Below, piece after piece: positions 1 through 12,126 of a stretch of 64,000 nucleotides of DNA (the stretch's first letter is position 1; each line of letters starts with the position of its first letter). The translations under genes and the position numbers were made by a program. Where the stretch lies: contig CM060732.1 of assembly GCA_030704615.1 (NCBI GenBank), forward strand, positions 75,144,001 through 75,208,000, given 5' to 3'. Source of the DNA: Takakia lepidozioides (lineage: Eukaryota > Plantae > Bryophyta). Under the pieces are notes generated by a model. It ran no database searches. It had not been told where the DNA came from and saw nothing but the letters and a program-made list of their open reading frames with translations.

Positions 1-2866
1 ATGGGAACAATGGGTTGGCTAATATATGCATTCTTGTTCAATGCACACTGTCGATCATCATTTGTTTGTTTTTTTTTTATCACAGAGTCTATCTGTGTCT
101 GCTCAAAGCATATATCGAGAAAAAATAAATGCTTGATGTATCAAGCATTCTGCAGTATACTGATGCTCCCTGCATGGAGCACAACGACTTCCCGCACGGG
201 GATTCTAAACCTTAAACCTTTTGTCATTTTCACCTTACCCCGCTGCAACATTCCTCGTAGAGAGAGAAAAGTCAGAAGCAGTGAGGGGGTAAAAGATGAT
301 TTGTATAGGGCCTGTGACCTCTTTAGATAGAATGTTACATTGTTCCAGAGTATGGTCCTCTGAGGTGCAGAATGGATCCAATCGTTTCTTAGGTCAAGAA
401 ATTCATCATGAGCTCTGCGAAATCCATGAGAGGTCCCTGCGAGTCATGAACCAAGTTAGATTGTAGTTAGAGATGGTGCGTCTATTTCATGGGTAGGGTC
501 CTTGGGTATCCAATCTTTTCTATTGTTATGAGAGCCAAGAATTAGGACTCCCAGAAGCATCATGTTTAGGAGCTTCTAGACCCTTCCAGATCGAGTCGAG
601 GTCGTAGTTGGCAGTGAGCGATTTACCATGAGTTGTGCACATCCATGAGAGGTCCGTGCAAGCCATGTCAAGTAGGGTAGAACCAAAGTTCTTCCAAGGT
701 TATTTTACAGTAGAATCATCAATTTGCACCGCGCATATCTCTCTTACATCATCTAGGGGATTCGAACCCAGTCCGGTGGGGGAGAATGGCGGTTTTGAAG
801 TTTTTTTTTATCTGGGAACTCCAACTCTCTCCGAAGAAGGCGAGCTGGGTGGTTTTGAAACATTTTTTTGGCTTTTGCTTTTATCTCCTTCTCTCTCCCG
901 GAAGACTCGAACTCTCTCCGAGGAGGAAGCGCCTGAAGGGAATTATTCTTATCTTTACTCAAGGGAGTCGTTGACTCTAAGGGATATTAGGGATACCCTA
1001 GTAAGGGGATTTTTACGAACCAGAGATCCTGGATTCTCTTACACTCGGGACGAGTGTTCCCCATTGGTCGCCATATATGTAGATGCATATATTAGTACAC
1101 TTTTCTTTTCAGATCATTTTTTATCATAAGACAAGCGGTTTCGGCATTGTATTGCCAAAACATGTTAGTTTGTTAGTTGTCTGGAAATCGTTGGTAAAGC
1201 ACGTAGGAAATTAGACAGTGTCTGCGACGACCATGGAGTGGAACTCTGGCGTCAAGATGATCGTAGGAAGATGCATCGACAGTAGATTGGGCTGCCAATT
1301 TGGTACCAGAAACAACAAGTTAATCTTGTTCAAACAATACAGGACGACTGTTCCAGTCCCAGATTGTGATCTCTCTTTTCTTCTGCCTTTCAAGTCCAGT
1401 AGGAACACACGGTGAGGAGCTTGGCAATTGGTGGAAGCGACATGTATAGCGATGAAATATCGCAACAAAGCAATTGGCCGCATTGAAATGACAACAGGTC
1501 AGGACGACTTCAAACGGCAAAGCGTGGACTTGTTAGCGGTGCGGGACAACTGGAGGGGACTCCGGACAATTATGAGAGGTTTCACCACGGGAGATCTCCC
1601 CTACCTGACTATGTGCATGTTTTGGTTTCGTCATCACACCCGTCAGACTCTTGTAGACTAGAGAGCGTGAGTAAGGACGGGAAACCTCCCGTCCTCTGTG
1701 CCTTTCTATGTGTGTATGTTCTTGTCAAACCCCTCATTCTCTTATGGCTTTGTAACTTGTGCATGTTTCCCCCTTAATTTAATTTGATTACTGCTGATGT
1801 GTATCGTTTGGGAGGGGAGACCTCCCGTCTGTCCTGGTCCGCATGTGTTTTGTGCGTGAAGATATGACTTGCATGAATGAGACATAATCGGAACGGCCAT
1901 GCCACTTGGGAATCCGTCTGGGATGGTGATGGTTGATAAGTGCCCATAGCCAGGGACCTCAATGGCTGTACAAATTTGGTTTGGTGATGCTCTAATAAAT
2001 TACTTTGGACATTTTGGGACGTAGCTCGACGGGATGTCTTTCTATCTTACTTTGTTCTAATCATAGATCAGGATATCTCCCTTGCCTCAGTGGAGATGTC
2101 GAACTTGGGACAACAGTCATAATTCTCTTGTACTTTTGGAGTGACAATGCTTGGCATTTTTTTGTAGGCTAATATTAAAAAACTACAACAACTGTGATGG
2201 ACAGGAGGTCTCCCATGCTGCCCGTGAAAACTGTACAAAACTAGGATTTCAACTTAGATTAGGGATGTGATCACGACATGAATTCTCTGGGAACAGAAAT
2301 ATTTACTAAACATCTACAATAAACTTAATAAAATCATTTAATTTTTTTAAAGTGATTTTTTATTCAATTTAAATAAATAAATAAATGAATATGTTATTCC
2401 TGGACTTTGGAAAGTCTAGATTTACTTAGAATCGAGTTATTTTCTGAAAGTCGGTGCCGACATTGAAGGATATATAGTGTTTTTGTTTGTTATCCTGAAC
2501 TCAAAAAATATAATTAATTAATTAAGGTAATCAATTTTTTTTTGTCTATTCTTTGGGATCTAGAAGCAGTCGGGCAACACAAAGAAATGGAATATTCAGC
2601 ATGATGCAACAGTTGGGAACACCAAGCTTATTCTTCACTTTGACCCAAAATTCATACACCATCCTCTTGTATCCCTCCTAAGTGGAAACGATATGATATT
2701 GACATTTTTTCGACGACAACCTCCCGAATCATAATGAAAGGTGTGCAACTCTTAATACAAATCCGAAATCTCAAGCTAAATTTGTACATATCATCGTGAA
2801 TGCTAAATATCTACTCCGTGTCAGGTGACTTACCCGCATAACACTGGAACATACCACACCCATGAA

Positions 2867-2936
2867 GATAGTAGGATTTGACCCCAGAATCATCTGGACG
2901 GCACTTAGTGCACCAACCAATTGAGCTACTGACTCC
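2867..2936 (-). other. Degenerate tRNA-like sequence (tRNA pseudogene or SINE head)
   Basis: Minus strand reads GGAGTCAGTAGCTCAATTGGTTGG...GGGGTCAAATCCTACTATC: an A-box (TAGCTCAATTGG) and a B-box-like GGTCAAATCC at tRNA spacing. Acceptor and anticodon stems do not pair cleanly. Confidence 0.5.
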
Positions 2937-3282
2937 AGCTCCAAATTATTTAAAACAAATGCATGGAATTCATGCAAGCCCTGCCCTACAGTAACTATGA
3001 GTAAGTAATAAAAATCTGGAAGATCACATGGCGTCTATTAGTGAATATAGTGATAAAAGGATTCGAGCTCTAAATATCCGATTGACTTTCATTCATGGCA
3101 TGCACAAAAAGTTGAACTCCACACTTAAAGGCCAAACAAAACTCGTTCTGACCATGACGTTGTTCATCCAAGGGATGTCATTCATTAGAAATACGGACAG
3201 AATATTCTAGTGACACCTGTCTCAATCTAACTGGGATCATCAAAACCCTTTGCGTAGTGGGCCAAATTAAAAAAAAACTTGT

Positions 3283-4536
3283 CTAAACTTTTGCACCTAA
3301 ACTAAGACAGCTAACAAAACCCTTAACACTATGGCATTCCTTCGTCCCAGTTTGTAAGTCAGATGTCCATGTGTGTTGCTTCATGTCATACACCAGAATT
3401 GGATTGGGTATGTCAGTCCAAATGAATATGAGATTGTCATGGCTCACCACCTCAAAATAGTGATACAGGTGGAACCTTGTTGCGAACTCCCTTCTTGCAA
3501 TCTCCACCCACTCTGCAGTCTTTGTACAAACTTTGACCTCCCATATTACTACCAGAAGTCGTCCATCAACACACCCAACTAGAAACAGGCGCCCCTCACT
3601 CTCTACAAGCCTTCGACCAACAAATCCAGCATCTTCACCGAAGTTAGGCGTGTGTACATCAACTTTAGTCCACATACCCGCACCAATGTCAGAAGCCATC
3701 AAAGTGTACGCGTAATTCCGTTCATACAACAGAGCAAAGAGAGTAGGGCCACATATCACGTTTTCTTCACACCACAACCACCCTTCACATGCCGGCGTCT
3801 TTCCAGTCTTGGTCACTCGCAAACTGAGTCATAGATGTGTGTTCTCCAATGTAAGTCAGTGCCTTCCTTCCGATACTCGCGTGATATCACAATGATCTTG
3901 TAGGTGTTGCTGCGTCTATCCACAATCAAGTGCACCATCTGCACCTTGACCCGGATATGTGTTGAGTTGGCGAGAGGCAGGGCAGGCAATTGTCTGGAAC
4001 TGTTCAAGAGAGGATTGAACACAATCCATGATGAGTCACCATCGCCCTGGTCCGATGTGCAAAGAAGTAAGCCTCCATCTGCAGCATCAACTATGTATAC
4101 TAAATTATCCTTCGGGAGTTTGAGGCCGATTTTGTGCCAGCGTCGAGTTGTGGGGGTATACGACATACAAACATGTGGGCATCTGCCAAAATGATGAGTC
4201 ACCATCGCCCTGGTCCGATGTGCAAAGAAATAAGCCTCCATCTGCAGCATCAACTATGTATACTAAATTATCCTTCGGGAGCTTGAGGCCGATTTTGTGC
4301 CAGCGTCGAGTTGTGGGGGTATACGACATACAAACATGTGGGCATCTGCCAAAAGACAAGAGATAGGAGTCTTCGTGAAGAGGGAGTTGCTGACAGAGTT
4401 GTTGGAAACTAGCGGTCGATGGGAGAGAGTTCCACAACTTGCAAACCGATTGAAAGCGGACAAGACTTCGATAGGGCAAAAGGGCCAACACTACCATCAC
4501 TAACTCGAATGGGAGCCTGCTCCAAATCTCCTCCAT
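3283..4536 (-). pseudogene. F-box protein (plant F-box/kelch-like), frameshifted
   Basis: N-terminal F-box (IWSRLPFELVMVVLALLPYRSLVRFQSVCKLWNSL) and typical C-terminal motifs (GGLLLC, VFNPL, YKII, RLVESEGRLFLV) are spread over three frames. Lesions: a 163-bp tandem duplication at 4028-4353 and a 1-nt indel near 3813-3815. Confidence 0.85.
4028..4353. repeat. 163-bp tandem duplication inside the F-box gene
   Basis: 4028-4190 and 4191-4353 are identical except for two substitutions that I could see. Confidence 0.95.
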
Positions 4537-5744
4537 ATTGCTGAGGCGACAAAACCTCTCCAATTGTGTTCTTGTGATCCTAACACGGAGCTTGGGGGAA
4601 AGAGAAGAAGGGATAGAAAGACGACGCTAAGAAAACCCAGGAGTCCGACTTGCTGTCAAAAGCCTCGCTCTTGCTTTTGCTATTCTGGTACTTCAACCTT
4701 CTTTGCTAACCATTCACTTCCCTTTTACTATTTCCAGCCGTGCTTTGTGTGTTTCCTATTTTTGTGGTTTGTAGTTTGTACACAGAAACCCTGAAAATGT
4801 GTGCGTAAAATCGGGAGGGAGAGGAAGCTGGATACACAGGCGGGTCGGAGACTCCATCACTTGCTCTGCACGGAGGTCACAGACAGCAGTGTGTTTGTTG
4901 GTGTTTAAGGTAAATAGTTCGTGGGAAGCTGCATAGATCCAATGGAGCCTGGGCGCTGACTGTTGGGAGCATGATGCAGTCAGCTGGACAGGCGATGCAA
5001 GCAGGGTCCCTGGTATCAGAGTTGGCTTCCTTCAGTGCTGCTCTTGTAAGTCCTGCTTTCTTGGCCTGTGTTCAACGCTGTGAATTGTCACGTCTGCTTA
5101 TGCTATTAGCCCCCCTCCCATGGCACTGCAGTATGTATTCTGTCATATGTTTGGCAGCTACCCTCCATTGTAGGAAGAGATAGCATGTGCCACATGGAAG
5201 CAAGGGATGGAAAAGATGTTGCTCAGATTGCAGACACATTTCAAATTCAAGTGCTTAAGTTACTTTTGTCATGATTGTGGTTGCAGGATTTTATAGTGCA
5301 AATGTTGCAGAGCAAATTTATAAAATGTGTAATGCTGCAGTGATCCAACGGAAGTGTGCAACGTCAGAGCACCTCAGGAAACTTGAGCAGCTTTGTGTGA
5401 CAGGTTGCCCGGGGAATCGGCATGCTTCGAGCAGACAAGTGTTCTTCAAACCAATAGAGGAAATTTACTCTAGGGCCCTCATTGCCCCCAATTGCACAGC
5501 ATCACACCACACTTATATTGATTAGAGCCAGAGAATTTCATTCCCGGCACCATGTGACAGAGACTACCTCTCCCCATCCAAGAAACACCCAGAGAAAACA
5601 TACATCTAACGGAGATTCACGAATCCACTTGACTTTGTAATCTTAGGGGGTTCTGTATGCTACATAAATGGCAGCGCTTCAACATTACGAGGCATACAGA
5701 TACGCTCCAAAGAGAATGCAGCTTTAGGCATTACATTGCACATA

Positions 5745-5943
5745 AATCACTCAACTAAAGATGACAGTACCTCCTCAGCTGTGGCATCAAAGAGGGTAAC
5801 ATAGGTGCTGCATTCATTGATTCTGCTATTTGTGCAGCTTTAGCCATTATATTACACATAAATCAAGCAACCAAAGCTGACAGTACCTCCTCAGCTGTGG
5901 CATCAAATAGAGTAACATAGGTGCTGCATTCAATGATTCTGCT
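5745..5943. repeat. ~83-bp direct repeat, ~117-bp period
   Basis: TGACAGTACCTCCTCAGCTGTGGCATCAAA.AG.GTAACATAGGTGCTGCATTCA.TGATTCTGCT occurs twice. Confidence 0.85.
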
Positions 5944-6005
5944 CCTGCGCTGGTATCTGTGGTCAAGGTCCTCGGTGTGCACAATCCCTCTTTGAATTCA
6001 AAATT

Positions 6006-7323
6006 CTAGGCTTGAACCCAGTTATAGCACACTCCCTTTGCATCCTCGATGCACCCACGTTTGCAATACATGTCCATGAGTGTATTGTTCAGAATGACAT
6101 CTGGTACAATTCCAGCTTTGACAATGTCACCATGGAGCTCTTTCCCCTTTTCCAGGACTGCCAGGCTCACACACGCATTGCAAACTGGAACAAATGTGAT
6201 ATGGTCGGGCTTCACCCCTTCCCGCATCATTTGCTCATAGGTCTCCAAAGCCTCCATCCCGCGCCTCTGCTGTGCATATCCTGTAATCATCGCATTCCAC
6301 GACACCACATCTCTTTCAGCCATATTGTGAAACACTCCGCATCCTCAATGCACCCGCATTTGGCATACATGTCCACAAGGGTATTGTTCAGAATGACATC
6401 TGGTACAGTTCCAGATTTGACGATGTCACCATGGACCACTTTCCCCTTTTCCAGGGCTGCCAGGCTCGCACACGCACTGGAAACGCAAACAAATAAGATG
6501 TGGTTGGGCTTATATTCCTTCCAAAACTCTCCTCGTCTCTGTTATCTGTTTTTGGATTCCTTCCTGTTGCCAAATTGGCAGTAACATGCCAAAATCAATC
6601 GAAACCACCATAGATCCACCCACAAGCTAACTTGCAGAATTTAACATGAAAATTAGGGATGACTCTGATAAGAGAGAAAAACAGGCTGAAATGTTTTGAA
6701 GAAGGTGCCTTTGTCAGCAGTGCCTAATTTTATCAACTGAGCCGTGGCCGCTGCTGCTTCCAGATGACCATCTACCCATGCAGGTCTCTTGTAGCTATCG
6801 ATCCACAGGAAATCATCATGTAATCTTGTGCTTGAAATCCGGCCCTCTTGGATGAATCTGGACCCGCACTATATCCCTGCTCCGTCAACTATCCCTGCCT
6901 CTGCACAAATCCCTCGGCTTGCAGCTAGCGGCTCACAATGACGGCCTAGATTTGTTGTAGCAAACACCCCAACCGTACTCATACCACACAGGTTCCTATG
7001 CTGAATTGCTTCTGCTTCTCTCTGTAGTCAAACAAGCATTCACCTTGTTGCCTCGATTGTCCCACAATTGACTGGGGTCGGAAAACTATTCCTTCCAAAG
7101 CTTCTCCTCGTCCGTGTTATCTGTCTTTGGATGCTTTCCTGTTGCCACATTGGCAGTAACATGTCAAAATCCATCCGAACCACCATAGATCCAGCCAATG
7201 GGCTAACTTGCAGAATTCAACATGAAAAAGTTGGGACGACTCTGATAAGAGGGTCAAACAGGTTGAAGTGGGCTGAAGAAGAAGGTGCCGCACCATTTTG
7301 TCCTTGGCCTTGTGTCATGGCAC
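6006..7323 (-). pseudogene. Decayed PDF-motif + PLS-PPR gene, inverted paralog of the 18.4-22.6 kb gene
   Basis: Same introns and exons as 19478-20080: GKHPKTDNTDEEKLWKE*FSDPSQLWDNRGNK | IHPRGPDFKHKIT(frameshift)DDFLWIDSYKRPAWVDGHL. A repeated intron/exon start is then joined at ~6512 to frameshifted L-S-P-L-S PPR motifs; no E/DYW domain. Confidence 0.85.
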
Positions 7324-8690
7324 TTTACTGCCCATATTGTCATGTTCATCCATCCAAAGGATCACAGCCTTCAAGAATCCATTGTCATAATCTGAGTCCC
7401 AAAATTACAGATTCAGTAACAGAAGCTTCACAAGTTGGAAGGCTGCCTCTTCAATTATAAACATACCATCTACGTCTGCACATTATCTTGTACTGCAATA
7501 CCGTAGTACGGCCTCACTCTGATAAATGTTTTGAGAGGAACTTCAAGAGAACCCGTTCAGTTGATTTGGAGAATAGATAAGCATTTGTTGGGTACTAAGC
7601 CTACTCTGAACAGTAATGAAGATAAAATCAGATGGCTCAAGTTCTTGAGGTTCCAAGTCAGGCGTAGCAAAGAAAATAGTGGATTTCAGCAACCCATCCA
7701 TTCTCTGCATTCACCGTGCCACCGTTCAGCTGTAGACTGAAAAGGTGAACTCAGTCATGTGAATACTCATCATAGATCACACTTAACAGTTTTCAGTTAC
7801 TATTGCTCAACCCAGAGGATTGACTCACTGGATTCAGATTCACCAATTGAGAGCCACATCCCGCTTTTGCAGAATCACTCTCAGCTGTCCAAAGGGTACC
7901 CTGGATAAAACATGGTGAATCACATGTTGGCAGAGGAGTACTGAAATGTCAAGGGACAAGACAAAGTGGCTACTCAAATCGTCACAAATTATGTCCAATC
8001 AACCTTACCCCTTGTATTGCTACACACCAAACACGATACAAAACTGTGAGTCGAGGAAACAAGAGCAGGCTTCGTTGACATCAGCTGCCAACACAAGATT
8101 GAGAAAGTCATTGAATTCAATGCTCCTCAATGTCAGAATAGGTTGATGACAATGAAGAACTTGGTAATTTCCCATCTTGAAGAGAATTCAATTCATGATA
8201 GATTTCGTCTCACAAATTTGAATGCAGCAGATTGCTAGTTTACTTTTCTGGCATACAGACCAAATTCAAGAAACGAAGGCCGTCATAGAACCATGAAGGA
8301 GAAGAATGCAAGAAGATGATGAATTTGATGACTTTACATTATGCGTCGATGAAACATTCTCGCTGAACTATTTGACATAAATACTAAAAAATGAATGCTT
8401 ACAATGTAACGAGCCTCAGTTGCTAGAAATGTTTCTCTGATTTGAACTCCCCTACGATATAGTGTTGTGCAACTTACTCACCGCAGGCTGTTGCTCAATT
8501 CTGCATCTGCGTTGCAAAGAGCTGTCTGGCCCGATGCGTGCTACAATCTGAAAAGCCGGTGAAATCCTGGTACAAGATAGATGGTCTCTGAGTACCAAGC
8601 GACCTCCATCGCAAATAAATTACGTGGAAACATTGATCCGTCGAATGAATTCCTGTAGCCCAGCTGGTGTTTGAGCATGCATCCCTGTTT

Positions 8691-10580
8691 CTACCGCCGA
8701 TACCTGTATCTCTTGAAATTGAAGTAGACATGCAGAATCCCCCGCTCAAACGTGCACTTGAATCCTTTCTTGTGAGAGTACTCCCACTCCTTGTTCACAA
8801 TCCGAAACGCAATATCCTCATAAGGCGGACCAGCATGAAAGCGAATGAGGCAGGTTTCCCCCTCGCTGCCATCCCTCTCAATGAAGTAGGTGGGCGCCTT
8901 GGTCTTATCCACCAGATCGGGATAGAAGATGTTGAACTTGTACCCCTGCACGATCTTCGGGGGTGGATTGTCGTGGTCGTAGTGGGTCTGATTATACTTG
9001 TTCCATTCATACCCTGTGTGCACCCGGTTGAAATACTTGGGCTTCCGGGGCCTGTATTTGTCGTGCCACCAATACACCTGCGACTCAAGGTTAACCTCCG
9101 ACCCTGGACCAAGCATAGTATCGCCGTCCTCCATGCCGCCCATGGATTTCATCATGGAAGCACGCTCCAGAGGTGTAAGCTCCAGAGGGTCCTCTTCGGC
9201 GACGGCGGGTCTGGCAGCTGCCTCCTGCAACCTGCGTTGCTGCTCATCCAGCACCTCCGCCCTCTTCCTCTCCAAATCTGCTTTGTCTGCTTCAGGATCC
9301 AACACCTCCAAGCCATCGACCTCGTGCGTTGGCTCTGGAGAGTAGTTGCCCGCATCCTCTTCGTCTTCTGTCTGCGTTTCATGCACAATTGGCTCTGGTG
9401 ACACTGCAACCTCAGGCTCCCAGTCACTTGAGGGCTTCCCCTCTGGCTGTTCGACATCGACATCAAGATCTTCACTGAGAGGCCGCTCCTCAAATCCATC
9501 AACGTATTCCATGCGTTTCAAGTGCTTTCGAAGGAGCTCAACGTGAATCTGTCTCAGCCGGGCCTTGGCTTTATAAATGTGAAGGCGCTTCAGAACTGCC
9601 TCCCAGTACTCCACCACTTGCGCTGTGCCTGTGAGCATCTTGGCCTCCGTTTGCTCCTGCAGATCATCCAGCTCCGCTACGCTCTGACCCTGCAACATGT
9701 GATCCACTTCATCATCCACTCCATGCAGGCCGAGGTCTTCTGTGAGAAGATCGTGAGGAGGTTCCTCCCCACGCAGCCTTGCCCTATCCAGCGCGACCCT
9801 CTTCCGAGTCTGCGCAATTTCCCAGTCGCAAACAACCATCATGAATTCCCAAAATTCAATATGAGTTTGCGTCGCCCGGTCCAACTCGAGGTGCATTTCG
9901 ATATCTTGACGCAGCTCCTCCATCTCCTTCAACGTCAAACCCTTGTAAATCTTATACGGCTCAGTAATATCGGGGTCAAAATCCTCAGACAAGTTCAAGT
10001 TCTTCGACAGCACATCAATAGGCTTCGCGCGGCCCTCCCGCAACCGTATGTCCGACCGCACCTTACTCTGCTCGAAGTGAAACTCTTCCTCCTTCTTCTG
10101 CCAGTCCTGATACTCCGCTCTCGCCCTCTCCCGCGCAAGCAACGCCATCTCCTCCTCATGCTGTGCCTTCTCAATTGCCCGCTCCTCCCTCCGCTTCTTC
10201 ACCTTCTCAATCTCCGCCATCCGCTCCCGCTGCCGCTTCTTCTCCGACTTCAAACTCATCTCCGACGGCGTCAACCCCTGCGTCAGGTCCCGCTCTATCT
10301 TCTTCCGCCACACAAACCTCTCATTCAGGTTCGAATCGCCAAACGGATTGCTATCGTTCGAGTACCCCGCCACACTCGACGTCCTCAACCGCTTCGCAAC
10401 TTTCTGCGCCTTCTTCTGCGCTTTCCTGGCCGCGTACTCCCGCAGCTCCTCCTCCGTAAACTTTGGAGGCTCACTCCTCTCCGAATCATCGCTCTCGGAG
10501 CCCCTCTCCGAATCGCTCTCCTTCCGCGTCCGCCTGTGACTCCTCTCCTTCCGCTTCTTCTGCTCCTTCCGATGCCCCAT
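8691..10580 (-). CDS. CACTIN: Cactin (spliceosome-associated factor), single-exon CDS of 629 aa
   Basis: GYSNDSNPFGDSNLNERFVW, IRLREGRAKPID and the C-terminal DKYRPRKPKYFNRVHTGYEWNKYNQTHYD...FNFKRYRYRR. First ATG at 10580. Confidence 0.95.
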   Translation of the reverse strand: MGHRKEQKKRKERSHRRTRKESDSERGSESDDSERSEPPKFTEEELREYAARKAQKKAQKVAKRLRTSSVAGYSNDSNPFGDSNLNERFVWRKKIERDLTQGLTPSEMSLKSEKKRQRERMAEIEKVKKRREERAIEKAQHEEEMALLARERARAEYQDWQKKEEEFHFEQSKVRSDIRLREGRAKPIDVLSKNLNLSEDFDPDITEPYKIYKGLTLKEMEELRQDIEMHLELDRATQTHIEFWEFMMVVCDWEIAQTRKRVALDRARLRGEEPPHDLLTEDLGLHGVDDEVDHMLQGQSVAELDDLQEQTEAKMLTGTAQVVEYWEAVLKRLHIYKAKARLRQIHVELLRKHLKRMEYVDGFEERPLSEDLDVDVEQPEGKPSSDWEPEVAVSPEPIVHETQTEDEEDAGNYSPEPTHEVDGLEVLDPEADKADLERKRAEVLDEQQRRLQEAAARPAVAEEDPLELTPLERASMMKSMGGMEDGDTMLGPGSEVNLESQVYWWHDKYRPRKPKYFNRVHTGYEWNKYNQTHYDHDNPPPKIVQGYKFNIFYPDLVDKTKAPTYFIERDGSEGETCLIRFHAGPPYEDIAFRIVNKEWEYSHKKGFKCTFERGILHVYFNFKRYRYRR

Positions 10581-10632
10581 GGGAATCCAAAAACTGCCAA
10601 ATATGCAAAGCAAAAACTCCAACCTCGCACTC

Positions 10633-10770
10633 AACCCTAAACCCTAAGTGACGAAACCAAAACCGACCATCGCAGCGTCGTCGGCAACGGCTGCAATGCG
10701 AAACAATGGTAGGAAAGCAAGCGGCCGCGAAGAAACAGAGCAATCGTGTGCAGCAAGCGACGAAACCCTA
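10633..10770. promoter_or_regulatory. Telo-box (AAACCCTA) motifs 5' of cactin
   Basis: AACCCTAAACCCTAA at 10633-10647 and AAACCCTA at 10763-10770. Telo-boxes are typical of plant translation and RNA-processing gene promoters. Confidence 0.5.
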
Positions 10771-11844
10771 GCCGGAGCGCACAGAGAAGAACTTCAAGGC
10801 GGAGTCTCGTCCCTCTCTCTCCCTCGCACTGATCGTCAACAACGGTGTGATCTTGTCCATGGGAGACCATACCCGCTTGAGTATCAACCTGGTATCAAGG
10901 TAGTATCACCCAAGTGCGCTACGAGTATCATCTAGGCATCGGTTGGGCGCAGAAAGTCTTTGGGGGACATACCGCTGCAATGAGCATGCAAGCTACACCC
11001 AGAAGTTGAAGGCCTGTCAGGAACCGGTCGAGAGATTGTCATGTAAAGTGTGTCTGGAACCAGCTTGTACTCTTCAGCAACCTGTAGTGAACAAATCCAA
11101 CCTCAAAAGTTATGGCATCACTGACCATAAACTGCATCTAGGTTGAGCAAGGATGTCATTCCAAAGCATATTGGTCACTAACTATTTTTAGGGCACACAC
11201 ATCCTGAACCAGGTTGCTCAAAGAGGGGAAAGGCATTGGTCACACATTCATAGAGGACCTGGCAATCATCAGGAACAGGCTCAGAATTTTGTGTGGCCTC
11301 GTCGTTATGAGGCTGGTCAGATGACCGTCAGGCCGTCTCATTAATATAGGAGCAAACTACCTTCATGCCTCAAGGACTTAGAATTTTTTTGGCATATGAA
11401 TTTTACAACTACCTCCATGCAGGTAATTTTAGGATTTTCTTCATGAAGGTAGTTGCAAAACCAAGCTGACACCCAAGGTTTCTCAGGGTTTGGCCCTTCA
11501 CTTGTCAAGGGAGTTTGCCACATTGCACCACGTGGCACGTTTTTCTTGGCTATCCTAGCTCTGATATCGACATCTGGGTTTGTAGCCCCAGTAATACTCC
11601 CCTATTCCAATTACGTTCGATAATGGACCCTGCTCGCGGCCCCGCCGCTCGCCGGATCCGCCCGGTGGCCATTATCTAGTACTTAGTCGTGTATTACATT
11701 ATTTACCTTTACTTTACTGCGCAGTTGGAATAATGTACACACATGACTATGTACCCCAACTCATTTACCCAGTAAAATCGATTCTTACTTGAAGTACTTA
11801 GCAATTTGCTACAGTCAGAATCAACAGCGCAGGGATTGCAAGAA

Positions 11845-12126
11845 GAGCGCGATGGAAGGATATTCCAGAGCTTAGAGAAATCGAGGCAGAGTGGAAAGAT
11901 GAGAATTCCATGCTGGCAGCGACACAGTCCTTTGGATTGATCGCGATGGACAGAGATTCACAGATGATCTCAATCATCTTGGCAACGGAACGATCTGGCG
12001 TACTCGTAGCAGTTTGCTGAAGGCAGTCAAAGAAGAGGATTTCTTTGGTCTGTCTGGACCTCTGCAGGAGTTATGTGAGGAGAAAACCAAGGAAGCTGAA
12101 ATATGGAAGACAAGCTGTGATGAGTG
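11845..12126 (+). pseudogene. Degenerate KCTD/T1-type BTB/POZ domain remnant
   Basis: ENSMLAA in one frame, then VLWIDRDGQRFTDDLNHLGNGTIWRTRSSLLKAVKEEDFFGL in another, matching the KCTD consensus IDRDG..F..ILN.LR.G...EE.dFfGL. Frameshifted, with downstream stops. Confidence 0.55.

Noticed and set aside
753-790. tRNA gene suggested by GGGTTCGAATCCCC on the minus strand
   Set aside because: Isolated B-box with no A-box or cloverleaf.
8667-10640. Long + strand ORFs (244 and 372 aa)
   Set aside because: Antisense shadows of the cactin CDS with no recognisable motifs.
10633-10647. Telomere or interstitial telomeric array
   Set aside because: Only two units in a promoter position; better explained as a telo-box.
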